NCBI GenBank assembly: GCA_964016885.1 | Contig: OZ024742.1 | Location: forward strand, 41,292,001 to 41,356,000 | DNA from: Eledone cirrhosa | Taxonomy: Eukaryota | Length of the DNA: 64,000 nt | Direction of reading: 5' to 3' | Notes under the pieces: model-generated | Told to the model about the DNA's origin: nothing | The model's input: the letters and a program-made list of their open reading frames with translations, nothing else | The model's database searches: none | Position numbers and translations under genes: made by a program | Shown here: positions 11,629-24,900 of the stretch, in pieces | Position numbering within the stretch: position 1 is the stretch's first letter | Layout of the letters: every line of letters starts with the position of its first letter

Positions 11629-14600
11629 GTAAGTTTAAGTCTTTCATATTTTCTACCGGTGTTAACTACTACTAGTGTTGTTTTGGGTCTACTCTAATCA
11701 ATAACGTCCTCATATTATTTTCAGACATTTAATGTATCTAGGTCTAAATTATTAAATGTTTTCTGCACCTTAATTAAGATGATGCGGTGCGATTTGAAGG
11801 CGAGTTTGGCTGTTATATAATTTCTAACTACACTTAGCAAATGGTATTTATTTATCAGTATCAAATTATAGTTTATAGAAAATTAATTTGGTAACTATGG
11901 GCAGTGACCGTACACTGTTTTCTAATTTAGGCACGGTGTCAGCAATTTGAGGGAAGGGAAAGCCGGTTATATCGAACTAGTCCTGGATTAGTGATACTTT
12001 AAGTCGACCACGGAGATTTAAACTCAGTCAGAACGTAAAGAGCCGGAGACATTCGGATTGTTGTTTTCTTGTTGAATGCGTGATGCATGTGGTGGTGATG
12101 AAATTTGTGAACCGAGGCAAAATGGTAGCGATTTCATCGCTAATAATTGAGATACTGTACATGTATGCATACGAATTTGTATCACTTAAAACATTGACCG
12201 GTAAAGTTTTTAGTGCGTGTGCCGAGTTGGAAATGTATTTATACCGCAAAATGGTTTTCAATGGAAACACCTACATTTTCCGTTGTAGTGTGTAATTCAT
12301 TCGCAACGTTGCTGTCTTTTGCTCTGGTGTTGGCTCCGTTGTTCACCCCTTCCTTTACATTTTCTTTAATATTGTAACATTAAAAGAATATATCTTTCTG
12401 AAAGAATCGGGAGCTATTTATAATGTCTAAGCATTTGTAATATATTTATGTATATATTTAAAACACATTTGTTATGTTATTCTACTGTAAATTTATTTAT
12501 ATGCTCTGTTTATATTTTCATTCTGAAAGAATTGCAAACGATTTGTAATGTATTTATGAAATAAATAAAAAATTGTTCCTAGATAATATTCAACACAAAA
12601 AAAATAAATTCATAAGTGTTTCACGTAAAATGAATGTTTTTAGTTCTATTAAGAATAACAAAGAGAACAGGTGTTTCTTAATGCCGTAATATCGTTTAAT
12701 TACGTTTATTAAAGTATTTCTTTTGCTAAGCTAGTGAACACAGAATAATACATATGAACGAATTAAAACAATAAAAATAACTCAATACTATTCTTTCACT
12801 TTTTATAATGAAATAGAGAGATCAAGGACTTTTTCTTAACGCACTTATTCGACACGATTGCATTCGGACCCTTTTACGAAAATATCAATGTTTTATTCAA
12901 AAGCTTACAGAACGGAAACACAAACAAATATAACTTATATTCTGAACAGGTGATTCGATCTGGTAGAAACAGCAGCTAAATTACTCTCAAACAACACACA
13001 CATCGTTTTAAAAAAGGAAAGAACACATTCCATAATGTATTTTTATTATCTACAATCGCCACAAAACCGACAGGCTGGTTACGACTGGAACATTTGGGAC
13101 TACCAGTACTTATTCGCTAGAAACTGAATGAACATTAAAAGTACATGAATGTAGGCCTACGTATAGAATGCCAACCTCCAAAATACAATTTTAAAAAAAT
13201 GTATTTAATAACAATTATAATATTTTAAATTTTGACAAAAATGTGTTTCATAATTATGTTTTAATATATATTTAAAAAACGAGACGGTGGTCCCTTTCAA
13301 CCCACTTGACTCGTATGTAAATCCTTTACCTTCCATTATGGTTTGTCAAACTCTCACTCGCACATTATGTCTAACACTGGACATATCAAATAATTCAATT
13401 AGTTTGTGGACTTTGTGTGTTTAACAAGTTGGGTTAAAAACCGAAGTTAAAACTGCTTACGATGATCAGTCAGCAGGCGTTTCCGTGTTTTTAAAAGATC
13501 ACATTATCTAAGAGAGATTACAAGTTTTAAAGGTTACTCGATGAAAGTGGGTGGTGCTTTCTCTCAAAGTTCATTGCAATAATACTTATTGCAAATTCTT
13601 TGTTACTATTTATGTTTTGAGCTCAAAATCTCAAACTTTGCCTTTCATCCTCCCAGTGTCGATAAAATAAAGTACGAAGTCTATTTGATTGACTTTCACC
13701 CGCTTCTAAAATTGTTGGCCTTGTGCCAAATCAGAAACCATGTGATTGAGGTGAGGGCGTTTTCTTTCTTTTTTTTTCTGACTCGGTTTTATTTTGTTTT
13801 TTCTTCTAATTGTATATGAATTCAAATAATATTTAATAAACTTGTCTAAACAATTGGATCAAAATACGGTATTTTTGCCTGTACGCTATTGTTTTAATCA
13901 GTTTGTTTATTTGTTTATATAATAATTGTTTCTATTTTTGGCACAAGGCCAGCAATTACCATTGCATTACTGGTACTTTATTTTATTGACCCCGTAAGGA
14001 TGAAAGGCAAAGTTAATCTCGGCGGGATTCGAACTCAGTACAGCCCTTGCCATTCTGAGTTCGAATCCCGCCGAGGTTAACTTTGCCTTTCATCCTTACG
14101 GGGTCGATAAAATAAAGTACCAGTAATGCACTGGTAATTGCTGGCCTTGTGCCAAAAGTAGAAACAATTATTATATAAACAAATAAACAAACTGATTAAA
14201 ACAATAAGAGTACAGGCAAAAATACCGTATTTTGATCCAATTGTTTAGACAAGTTTATTAAATATTATTTGAGTTCATATACAATTAGAAGAATAAAATA
14301 AAAATGAGTAAAAAAAAAAAATAAAGAAACGCCCACTCACCTTAATTACACACTGCAATTGGGACTGCTGTTGTTTACTTCTAAAAAAAATTTTGAGGCA
14401 ATCCCAAACCCTCAAGATATTACTATGGGTAAGGACAAGGCTGAGGCACTAACAACGAATCACCCTTAAAAGCATCCCCTGGTATTGCAGGTGTTTTCTC
14501 CTGAAATTCTTTGGAGCAACCTTAAACACTCAACTTAGAGTAGATGTTGACAAGGCTGAGGCACTAGAACAGTTAAGCACCCTCATGAACATCAATTGAC

Positions 14601-16165
14601 TTATCAATAAGATGAGCCGCTAATGATGGCAAAAATATCATTGGTGGTCCAGCTTCCCTGAATGTGATAGGTTGAAAAATGTAATTCATCAACAAATTAT
14701 GGCATTTCATGATTTTATTCTGTTCAGCTACCAATTCAATAAACTCAACCTCTACCACAGAATTTAGGATGTATGATGGAGTGACACGATCACTGTACGG
14801 TGGTGTCCCATATGAAGCCTCTACCTCTAACCCAAGGACAAAGAGTAAACCAAACAGGCCACTTCCGGCAACCCTGGGTAATCTGGCTAGCTCTGGAGTT
14901 GAGAGAATATTGACACTAGTTAACCCTTTAGCATTTAAACTGGCCATATCCGACCAAAATTCTCTCACCTCTTTCTGTTCAAACCAACTGTAACCGCCGC
15001 TTATACCAATGTTAAGATATTGTTCTCAAAATAAATATTAAAATCTCATAGATTCACTATTATGTGAGGTAAAGCCTTTACAATAGTATATATAGAGTAA
15101 TACAAATGCTAAAGAGTTAAGGTTCATTTTTATATTTAAGTTCTGTTTGGTATGACAAGCAAAGCAACCCATATTCAGTAAACATGACAAACCATAAAAG
15201 CCTCAGAATCGAGGGTCTTCCCACATCGACACAACAATCCGCTATATATATATTAACCCTGGCTCAGCGAACAATAGAGATGTGGAGTTCTTCCAGACTA
15301 GATAAGTTACTGATATATATATATATATATATAGTATATTTAAAATAGGTTTTGGGGTTCAGTTATGCATAACTATATATCAGATATTCAATGCTATTAG
15401 CATATTCTATGAGAGAGTTGAGAATATTCTGTGCAATGAACTTGGCATGACGAAGGTTTCTGCTTGGTTGGTGTCACATCTTCTGACACCTGATCAAAAG
15501 CGCTCCATTACATCACGGGGAAAATATGACACTGTCTGAGGCAGATTCATCTGGTTTCCTAACCCAGGATGAGTGTTGGGTTCATCACTTTGAACCAGAG
15601 ACAATTCATGCAATAGAAACACCCCTGCTCAACTGTTCCAAAGAAGACCAAGGTTGTTTTATCAGCAGGGAAGGTAATGGCCCCAGTTTTGGGGGATGCA
15701 AAAGGCATTTTGTTTATTGACTATCTTCAAAAGTGCTAACAAACTGAGGCAGTTATAAAAGGCTATCAAGATCAAACACCCAGGAAAACTGACAAAAGGG
15801 GTCTTGTTTCATCAGGACAATGCACCAGCACACAAGTCTTTGGTTACAATGGCTGCTGTGTGTGTGACTGTGGCTTTGAACTGGTTGATCAGCCTACTTA
15901 TTCTGATTTGGCCCCATCTATCATCTGTTCCCCAACATGAAAAAGTACTTAGCTGGAAACCAGTATCTCAGTGATGATATTATATCTGTTGTTGATGACT
16001 TTTTCGACCAACAGGATGAAAGCTTCTGCACCAATGTGTGCCAAACACTGCAGCACTGATAGAAGTATGTGGACTGCAAGGGGAACTATGTTGGAAAACA
16101 AACCTCATTTGGTCAAATTCCATGAGAGTATCTTGGTCAGCCTATGAACTTTTCAGCCAACCCCC

Positions 16166-16222
<57 letters not shown>

Positions 16223-19200
16223 GGCTATAACTTAGATTCATACCCAATATTATATGTGTGTGTGTGTATTGATATATATACTTTTGAAGATTCTCGATTA
16301 ATGATAAATCACTAATATTAATTTCTTACTCAGATACATTGATGACAATGCCAAGAGTTTTATTAAACGGCTTGGCACTGCTGTGGCCATACCTAGTGTG
16401 TCTGCATCTGTGGAACTAAGGCCAGAAGTTGTGAGAATGGTGGAATGGACAAAAAAAGTAAGAAAATTTTTTAAAATAATCTATACAATTGCTGCTGCTT
16501 CTTTTTCTTCCCTCTCTGGTAGTGCTAGTGCCACAATAAAATTCAACCAACCCACTCTGCACCTCGATAAGATGCACATAATACACACTGTAAAGTGGTC
16601 GGTGTTTGGCAGGGCAGCCAGTCCGAGAAACCATTGATTGTACTAGCAGGATGTGATCATCTGACTAGCCATAGCCTCAGAACATGGCAACCTGTTTAAT
16701 CTATGCCAGTATGGAAAACAGATACAAACTGGTGATGATGTTTATTGTGCCTTTATGTTGCTAAATTGTTCTTCTTCACCCACTTATTCCTGAGAGGGAG
16801 TCCTCAAACACTCCCTCCAGCGGGTCCTGTCTGAAGCAACCGTCTCCAACTGATCCGGCTGGATCTCCAAGCATGATCTGGATGATATCCAACCATTTTG
16901 CTTGGGGTCTACTACTGGGTCTCTTGCCGGTTGGTTTTTGCCTGTAAAATCTGTTCAGCGATTCTTTCCTGAGACATTCTAACCACATGCATAGTATCGG
17001 AGCTGTGATCTCTCAATTCGAAGAAGTAGCGGCTCTACCTGGAGTGACTCTCTGATCTCCAAGCTATGCACTTTATCGAGTAACGTTACTCCAAAGACCC
17101 TTTGGAGGAACTCAATTTATGCTGCTTGTATTCGCAATTGTATTCTTTCGGTCATTACCCAAATGTTAAAGTGTTTAAATGTAAAAGTGTAATGTTGTGT
17201 TTTATATTTATTTGAAAGGAAATGGAAAAACTTAATATTCATGTTGAATTAATGGATCTTGGAGAACATGTCCACTCAACCTCAACAACACTCAAAATAC
17301 CGCCTGTTATTTTTGGACAACTTGGTAGTAATCCTGAGAAGAAAACCTTGTTAGTTTACGGACATCTTGATGTACAGCCAGCTTATATGGTTTGTGACTA
17401 ATTTTATTTAAATCTTTTCTGATACTAACCTGCCCCAAACTGCCTCTGGTTCTATGGAACAAAACCACCCATTTTAAAATGTTTCTATTTCAGTTAAAAT
17501 CATCTAACATAATTTTACTTTTGTTTTGTTACAAATACCATCTTAATAATGAAATAATTGATAACTTTACTAAATCCTTCAAAATTCTTCAGTAATTCAA
17601 ATACACTGTATTTTATTAGAAATGTGGTAATGACGGGTTAGATATATATTTTAAAATTTCATTTAATATTGGATTTTATTCTTCTGTTCTAAGGGCAGAT
17701 ATTTTGTTGACGCAGTCACATGTTCTTAGGAGAAAATTAGGTTTGTTTACCCAGTACACTTTGTGTATCTGTTAGAGAGATAGAGGAAGAAATAGTGAAA
17801 TATAAGAGAGGGAGACTTTACAAGTCAGATGGGAGGAAAGAGAAGCTGTCACATTTATATCTTTGTCTCATCCATCTTTGTGACTGTTGTTTCACTCCTG
17901 TCTATTTTAGGGATATCAAAGTTCTAGCTAAGGTTCACTTATTGAATTACAGAATCTGCCAGCTCATAAGATGCAAGAAGTGAAATTTTATTGTTATATG
18001 ATATCTAACCCATGCTAGCATGGAAGAGCGGACGTAAAACGGTGATGATGATGATCCTATAATTTTTCTTTAACTCTTTTGATACCAAACCACCTGAAAC
18101 TGCTCTAAAAATTCGAAAATACAACACTGTTTATTTTAAAGTATTTATATTTATCTAAAAACTTTGTCATAATTTTATGTAAGAACCTTTGGTAAGTTAT
18201 GTACCAAACACCAGCTTAATAATGAGAAAGTTAGTTATATTACTAAATAGGGTTTGAGAAGTCTCTTCAGTCTGGATGAGAATGTGATAACCTCTCTAAT
18301 GCTACAATAAAATGCACCCAGTCCACTCCATAAAGAGGTAATTCTGGTGCCACAAAAAACACACCCAATAAGGGGGTTACCACTGCGAAAGGCATTCATC
18401 AGTAGAAACTATGCAAAATATGGATCATAATGAGCAAGATAAAGTCATTCCAACCCGTCTGGCCTTGGACTGTGATAATCCTTCCAAGCCAAGCCAGCAT
18501 GGAAAGCGGATGTAAAATGATGAGTGAAAAATAGGCTAATGTGACCCATACAGATTCTCTCTTTGATTTATAACTTTGTTGTTTAAAAATAAAATTAATT
18601 TCTAATTTCTTTTCTCTTTATTAGTCTGATGGTTGGGATACTGAACCTTTTGTTTTAACTGAGAAGGATGGCAAGTTATATGGTAGAGGATCAACTGATG
18701 ATAAGGTAAGTTTAATGTCTGAGTACTTAATTTCTAGTTAATGTAATCCGTTAGATACAAAACTGAAACTGCCCTTGGTTCTATGATATAAAAATACTTC
18801 ATAAATCTATCCATCATAATTTTATGTGAGAAATTTTTGTTTAGTAATGTTCCAAACATCAGCAGACTTATGAAAAAGTCATTTTTTAAAACTTACTTGC
18901 TATATTTGGAGATGGTCTTTTTAAAAATTAATTGCTATATTTGGAGATGGCCATGTGGCCATAAAAAACATACACTATTTGACTTTCACTTAAGCTTTAT
19001 TATTATTATGAGTTGTTGGTTATTTTGTCAAAGCTCTTTTGTCACATTCTGTGACCCCCCTCAATCACTATTTGCTCTTCTTTCTGGCAATAGCGTAGTT
19101 AGGGGGGGGGGTTATGGAGGCAGCACTTTTGGGTCTGTTGTAGGCTATAAGCATTCTTTTAATGCTGCAGCATATTATAATTGTACACAACATATATATA

Positions 19201-21038
19201 TATATAGCTTTAAGAGTGAGTCACTGACCAATATGTATTTTTTATGGGGGCCTGGGGGCAGCAAACTGAATGGCTGCCCTGGGTGGCACACACTCTAGTT
19301 ATGTCACTGCTTTCTGATCTTATTCTGTTTACTTCATCTTGTCTTAGTAAATAGAAGACCAGAAAGAAGAGACACAGAGAAGAACAAATAGTCATTGAAG
19401 TGGTCATAGAATGTGTGACAAAAATGCTTTGTCAAAATAACTAAGAACTTATAATAATAAAGCTGAAAGGAAAGTCAAATAGTGTGTTTTTATTGGCAAA
19501 TTGGCAACATGATCTTCCCCAAATATAACAATATCTGTTTCAACACAATTTCATCATCATCATCACCGTTTTACGTCCGTTCTTCCATGCTAGCATGGGT
19601 TAGACGGGTTGTCCTGTTGTGGGCAGTGTCTGGTCGGCTGACCATGCCTTGCTCATACAGGAACTGATTTTGGCTTGATTTCTACAGCTGGATGCCCTTC
19701 CTAACACCAACCTCATTTACAGTGAGTGCTGGGTGCTTTTTCCGTGGCGCCTACACGTCAACTTTACAGTGTGGGCTGGGTGCTTTTTTGCTGTGGCACC
19801 TCCACGACCACCTTGCAGTGGGAGGGTGTGGGGGCATTTCACATCAATAATCTTGCAAAACAAATACATAAATGTATTTTAATAATAAATTGCTCCAAAA
19901 TTTTCATTATCAGAAAAGTTAATAGGCAGTATATTTCATTAAGAATATGGTAAGAAAAGAGTTAAAAGTTAAATTCTTTCTCTATAACTCACTGGACAAG
20001 CGCTTTTATCTCAAGCCTATATATATATAATGTTAAGAGTGATGAGAAGTTTAGTTTTAGTGATATTCCCACCAAAGTTCATTATTTGAATTGTCTAGAG
20101 CAGAGGTTCTCAAACTTTTTGGGCCAGCATCCTTACCCCTATTTCCAGAGAGACCTGCCTACACACAAATTGTAAATAATATATAATAAATAAAATCATT
20201 AATTTATATATAATAAATAATATAATATATACTATGTATAAATAATTATTATATATTTTTTATTTTACTATATTTATATATAATATGATGATGATTGATA
20301 TTTAATATACTATTATATCCTATGTATACAATACTATAATAATATAAATAAATTCATAGCATTCCCTAATCCACTGCCAAAAAAGAGACCTTTCTACATA
20401 CGCAAATATATTCTTACTCAATAAAAAAAATGCACAAATTTACAACAGATATTGGATAAGTTAATAGTATACCACTAAAACAACCCATCCAGATAGGTTT
20501 ATAGCGAGGGGGTTCAATGAGAAGGATGTGTTTAGTGAAGTGAAAGAAGCCTCTCAGTCTCAGGCTGAATTGTACTAAGAATAAATCTGAAATCTCCACA
20601 CTGTAATTCAGAGCTTTTACCACTGCTTTGTAAGAAGGTGAGTGACCGCACTGAATCCTCTCTCAACCATATATGATGTTGGAAAGGCAATGAAGAACAA
20701 TTTGACTCTCTTCCAAAGCTCCAGATAGTGGTCACTGATAGCCTTTTGAAGCCAAAATTCTTGATGGCACTTGCGGAATTTTGGAATGTCATTTTGAAGA
20801 GTTACCAGCCCTTCCTCTAACTCTCCACTCTCTTCTTCAACCTATGTTAATGAAGGGGTTGACAATCCATTCAGGAACTCAAAGAACAAACAAATCATGA
20901 AATCATTACTCCATATCTCCGTGCAGTTCAGTTCAGCTGCTTTGGGTGGACAATATTGGAATAAAAATTGTTTTGGATTTCTTTAAAATGCCTGTTGACT
21001 AATTTGAAAGGCACTTCAAAGCGCCTCGTATATACTTT

Positions 21039-21081
<43 letters not shown>

Positions 21082-21953
21082 ACATACATATATGCGCACA
21101 CACACACGTGTGTTGAAAAGTTTATATCTTATTCCTTGAGTTTTGATAAATGAAATTATTAACATTAATTAAAACATAATATTTATGATGACAAAACATA
21201 ATTAAACAATTAGCTAGAATATTTTTTTAAAAGAATTAAGATACACATTTACCTGCGTTCATTCTTTGGCCACTTCAACAGCAGCTTCAGTCGATTCAGG
21301 CCAATTTGAAATATATTCATGACTTGGATTACTGTCTGTGCTAACGAAGGATTGTAAAAACTCAAAAAACCAAAGCAGTTGCTAAAATGTTTGTTTATCA
21401 GTGAAGACTTTGGCTGAAACAACACTTCCAAATGGAATAAAAGTCTGTATGAGGTCTTGATCACTGAAATGTTCCTTAGACTTTAAATGTAATAGAGTGA
21501 AAGAATGGAGAGAGATTCTTCTATGAAGAGGTCCAAAGTTCATATCTCTCACACACACATACACCAACAAGAAAGAAATATGCAAAGAGAGAGAGGGGGA
21601 GAATGAGTTAGAAAGAGATAGACAAGAGAAAGAGAGAGTGAAATTTTTATAACAGCTGGAAGTTACAACTGACCCGTTACACCCCCATCAGTGGTCACTC
21701 TCTCTCTTATGTGAACCTAATACTAACACTTTGTGCTGCACTCTTCATTATTGTTTTTGTTTTCTGTTTTAACTTATATATATATTGCAAGAGAGAGTAA
21801 GAGAGAAATTTAACAGGTCAGCTCAACAGTACTGTTTCCACTCAAAGATAGTTCAATTCCTTGACTGGTGATGTGTGTGTGTGTGTATGTCTATATATAT
21901 ATATATCATCATCATCATCTTCGTTTAACGTCCATCTTCCATGCCAGCATGGG

Positions 21954-21998
<45 letters not shown>

Positions 21999-24900
21999 TA
22001 TATATCACACACACACACAAATGCCACAACCATCTGTGTATGTAGAAACATTTTAATGACTCAAGCAATTAGATAGCAATCTGTTGTCTCTAAAGTTGAA
22101 AAAATTTGATGAATCCGGCCCTGGGTAAAATGTTAAGTAGAATGTGAAAGAAAGCGAGACAAGTTTCACACTGGGTGGAATGACACTTGCATCCTTTCTG
22201 TTCTTCCCAACTCCCCCTTTTTCTCTACCGCCCTCTTAGGCCCCACTTTGAGAACGTCTGGTCTGGAGCATTCTTCTTTTTTAGTTAAGACAAACCACGA
22301 CAGAATAAAATTATATGAAAAGTAGTTTGTGTAATCATGTGCATCCAGTTTAAAATAGGTACACCATATCCCTGTATGTTGTAAGAGATAACTAAAAGAG
22401 TTGGCACCAGGAAAGGCATCTGGCTATACAATATTGCCCCTCCATGTGTATGATTAAACCTGTTGGGGGGGGGGGGCTTTGACACTAACCCTTGATGTTA
22501 TGTGGTGGCAGCGGTGGTGATGGTGATAATTATGATGATGATTATTGGAGGCACATGGCTTAGTGGTTAGAGCATTGGGCTTGTAATTGAAAGGTTGTGA
22601 GTTCAATTCTCAGACCGGGTGATGTGTTGTTTCCTTGAGCAAGACACTTTATTTCACATTGCTCCAGTTTACTCAGTGCTAGAAATGAGATGATAGGGAC
22701 TGGGGTCCATATCACTCCACTGCAAAGTGGTCGTAGAGGTGCCATGGCAAAAAACCCCCCAGAACTCACTGTAAATGAGGTTGGTGTTAGGAAGGGCATC
22801 CAGCCATAGAAAACCTGCCAAACAGTCCCATACGAGCAAGACAACCAATCTTGCCTCAAATGGGACAATTCCCGTCTAAACCCATGCTAGCATGGAAGAT
22901 AGACGTTAAACGATGATGATGATGATGATCCAGCTGTAACAATCAAGCCAGAATCAGTTCCCGACCCACCCTTGCAAGCAGGCAAAAGTCGACGTAAAAT
23001 GGTGATGATGATGATTACTATTATTTCTTTATCCTTTCAGGGACCAGTCCTAGGTTGGCTAAATACTATTGAAGCATTTCAGAACCAGAAAATTGACATT
23101 CCTCTCAATTTAAAAGTAAGAGATAACTTTTATTTCATATTCTAATTCATCATGTGTAATGTGAAAGCTTGTGGCCTAGTGGTTAGTGTTGAACTCTGAA
23201 TCATGATTTCATGGGTTCGATTCTGGGACTGGGCAGCACATTTTATTTTTGAGCAAGATGCTTCATTCCATATTGCTTTTCTTAATAAAACTGGGGCTCC
23301 TATCATTAAAGCACCTAAGAAACCTTCCATGAGATGCAACCTTGTAAGAGACCAATTAACCTGCATACGTATGAGCTGTAAATTTCAGTAGTGAATGTAC
23401 GTGGCCTTGTGGTTAGGGTGTTGGACTCACATTCTTAAGATTGTTGATTTGATTCCTGGAGTAGCAGCATATTGTGGTTTTGAACACGACATGTTGTTTC
23501 ACATTACTTTTCATAATATGACTGGGAGCTCTATCATTAAAACACTCAAGAGAACTCCTATGAGATGTAACCACATAGGATGTCATTAGAATTGGCCTTA
23601 AAATACTTGTTTGTTGAGGCCTTAAAACCTAAATGTATCTACATTTGATTCTTAATAACTATTGTGTATTTATTTCCAGTTTGTGTTTGAAGGTATGGAA
23701 GAATCTGATTCTGTTGGCCTTGATAAACTGCTCATGGATAAGAAGGATTCTTTTTTGAAGGTAAAGAGATCGTTTTATATTATTTTTCATAAATAAAGTA
23801 CTAGTCCAGTAACAGAGTTGTTGTGCTTCTTCTCTTCCTCCTATTAAAATATTGCAACTTTAATCACTTCCATTTTGTCAGTAATTAACATAAGCTATAA
23901 GATTTCTCTTATATAAACCATTAATTTATCAAAATGTAAATTTCCTTGTTTGTATGATTGTTCATATATCTGGTAACCCTAGATAGTGCCCCTGTGACTC
24001 TATCAGGACTCATGGGTGAATAGACTTGGTCAAGGTGCCAGCAGTAGAATTGAACCTAAAACCATATTGTTCTGAAGCAAACATCTTAACCACACAGCCA
24101 TGCTTATACTTGTATTTACATCAACTGCTGAAACTGTATTTGGCCATTTATCTTCTCCCCATTGAAATATAGACCAAGATGGCGACAAGGAAGGTCGCTT
24201 GACCACGTCTTGACCAAACAAAATATAATATTTTCACCAAAAACTGCCCTTTAAACACATGTCAGATGGATTACAATATTCATTATTACAATTACTCTGA
24301 CTGTTCCCTGACAACTAGTACCAGCTTCAACATAGAATTATTTTAACGAAGTATATTTAATTTGTCTTGATTTTCGCCAACAAACCATGTGTGGACATGG
24401 ACGGGGAAAAAGGGGAAAAAAAACAAATCACTACATCCCTTAGGGATCGCAGTAAGTACTTCACAAAACATATAAACAACAATATACACACAGATTTATA
24501 TACAGATATATACCATATGCATATACACACGCGTGAAAAGAAACCACACTATTTCGTGTGAGACACTATACCGGCCAATCTTACGTACATTGGTAAAATA
24601 TCTCTGAACATTGACTTCGCTTCTAACCCACATGCACCTTTTAATTATATATATATACTAGCAGCTGAAAGTTAATAACTTGAAAAATATTATTGAAAGT
24701 TTATTATAAAGAAGCAGTATCAGGAAAAAAAAACGTTATTTCGCTGTTAATAATCTGTTGCCTTCTACAGTACGTTTCATTTAACTTACGCAGCATATTT
24801 ATTTGGTTACATGCACAGACTCTTCTGTACACACACAACATTTAGGAAAACGGAAACAAAATACACAAAAACAACAAAACAAAAAACAGACATTTTATTT

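Larger units (their letters stand above)
20101..22260 (-). mobile_element. Non-autonomous hAT (Charlie/Buster-type) DNA transposon, 2160 bp
   Basis: TIRs CAGAGGTTCTCAAAC / CTTTGAGAACGTCTG. 8-bp TSD GTCTAGAG (20093-20100) / GTCTGGAG (22261-22268) fits the NTCTAGAN Charlie target. Transposase remnant inside. Confidence 0.85.

Noticed and set aside
14573-14968. 131-aa minus-strand ORF as a novel gene
   Set aside because: A chance fusion of a piggyBac-like MITE end and a decayed RLE fragment.
21249-21585. Functional nested CELF gene antisense to CNDP2
   Set aside because: There is a frameshift in the middle of RRM3, conserved residues are substituted, no RRM1/2 exons were seen, and it lies within a transposon.
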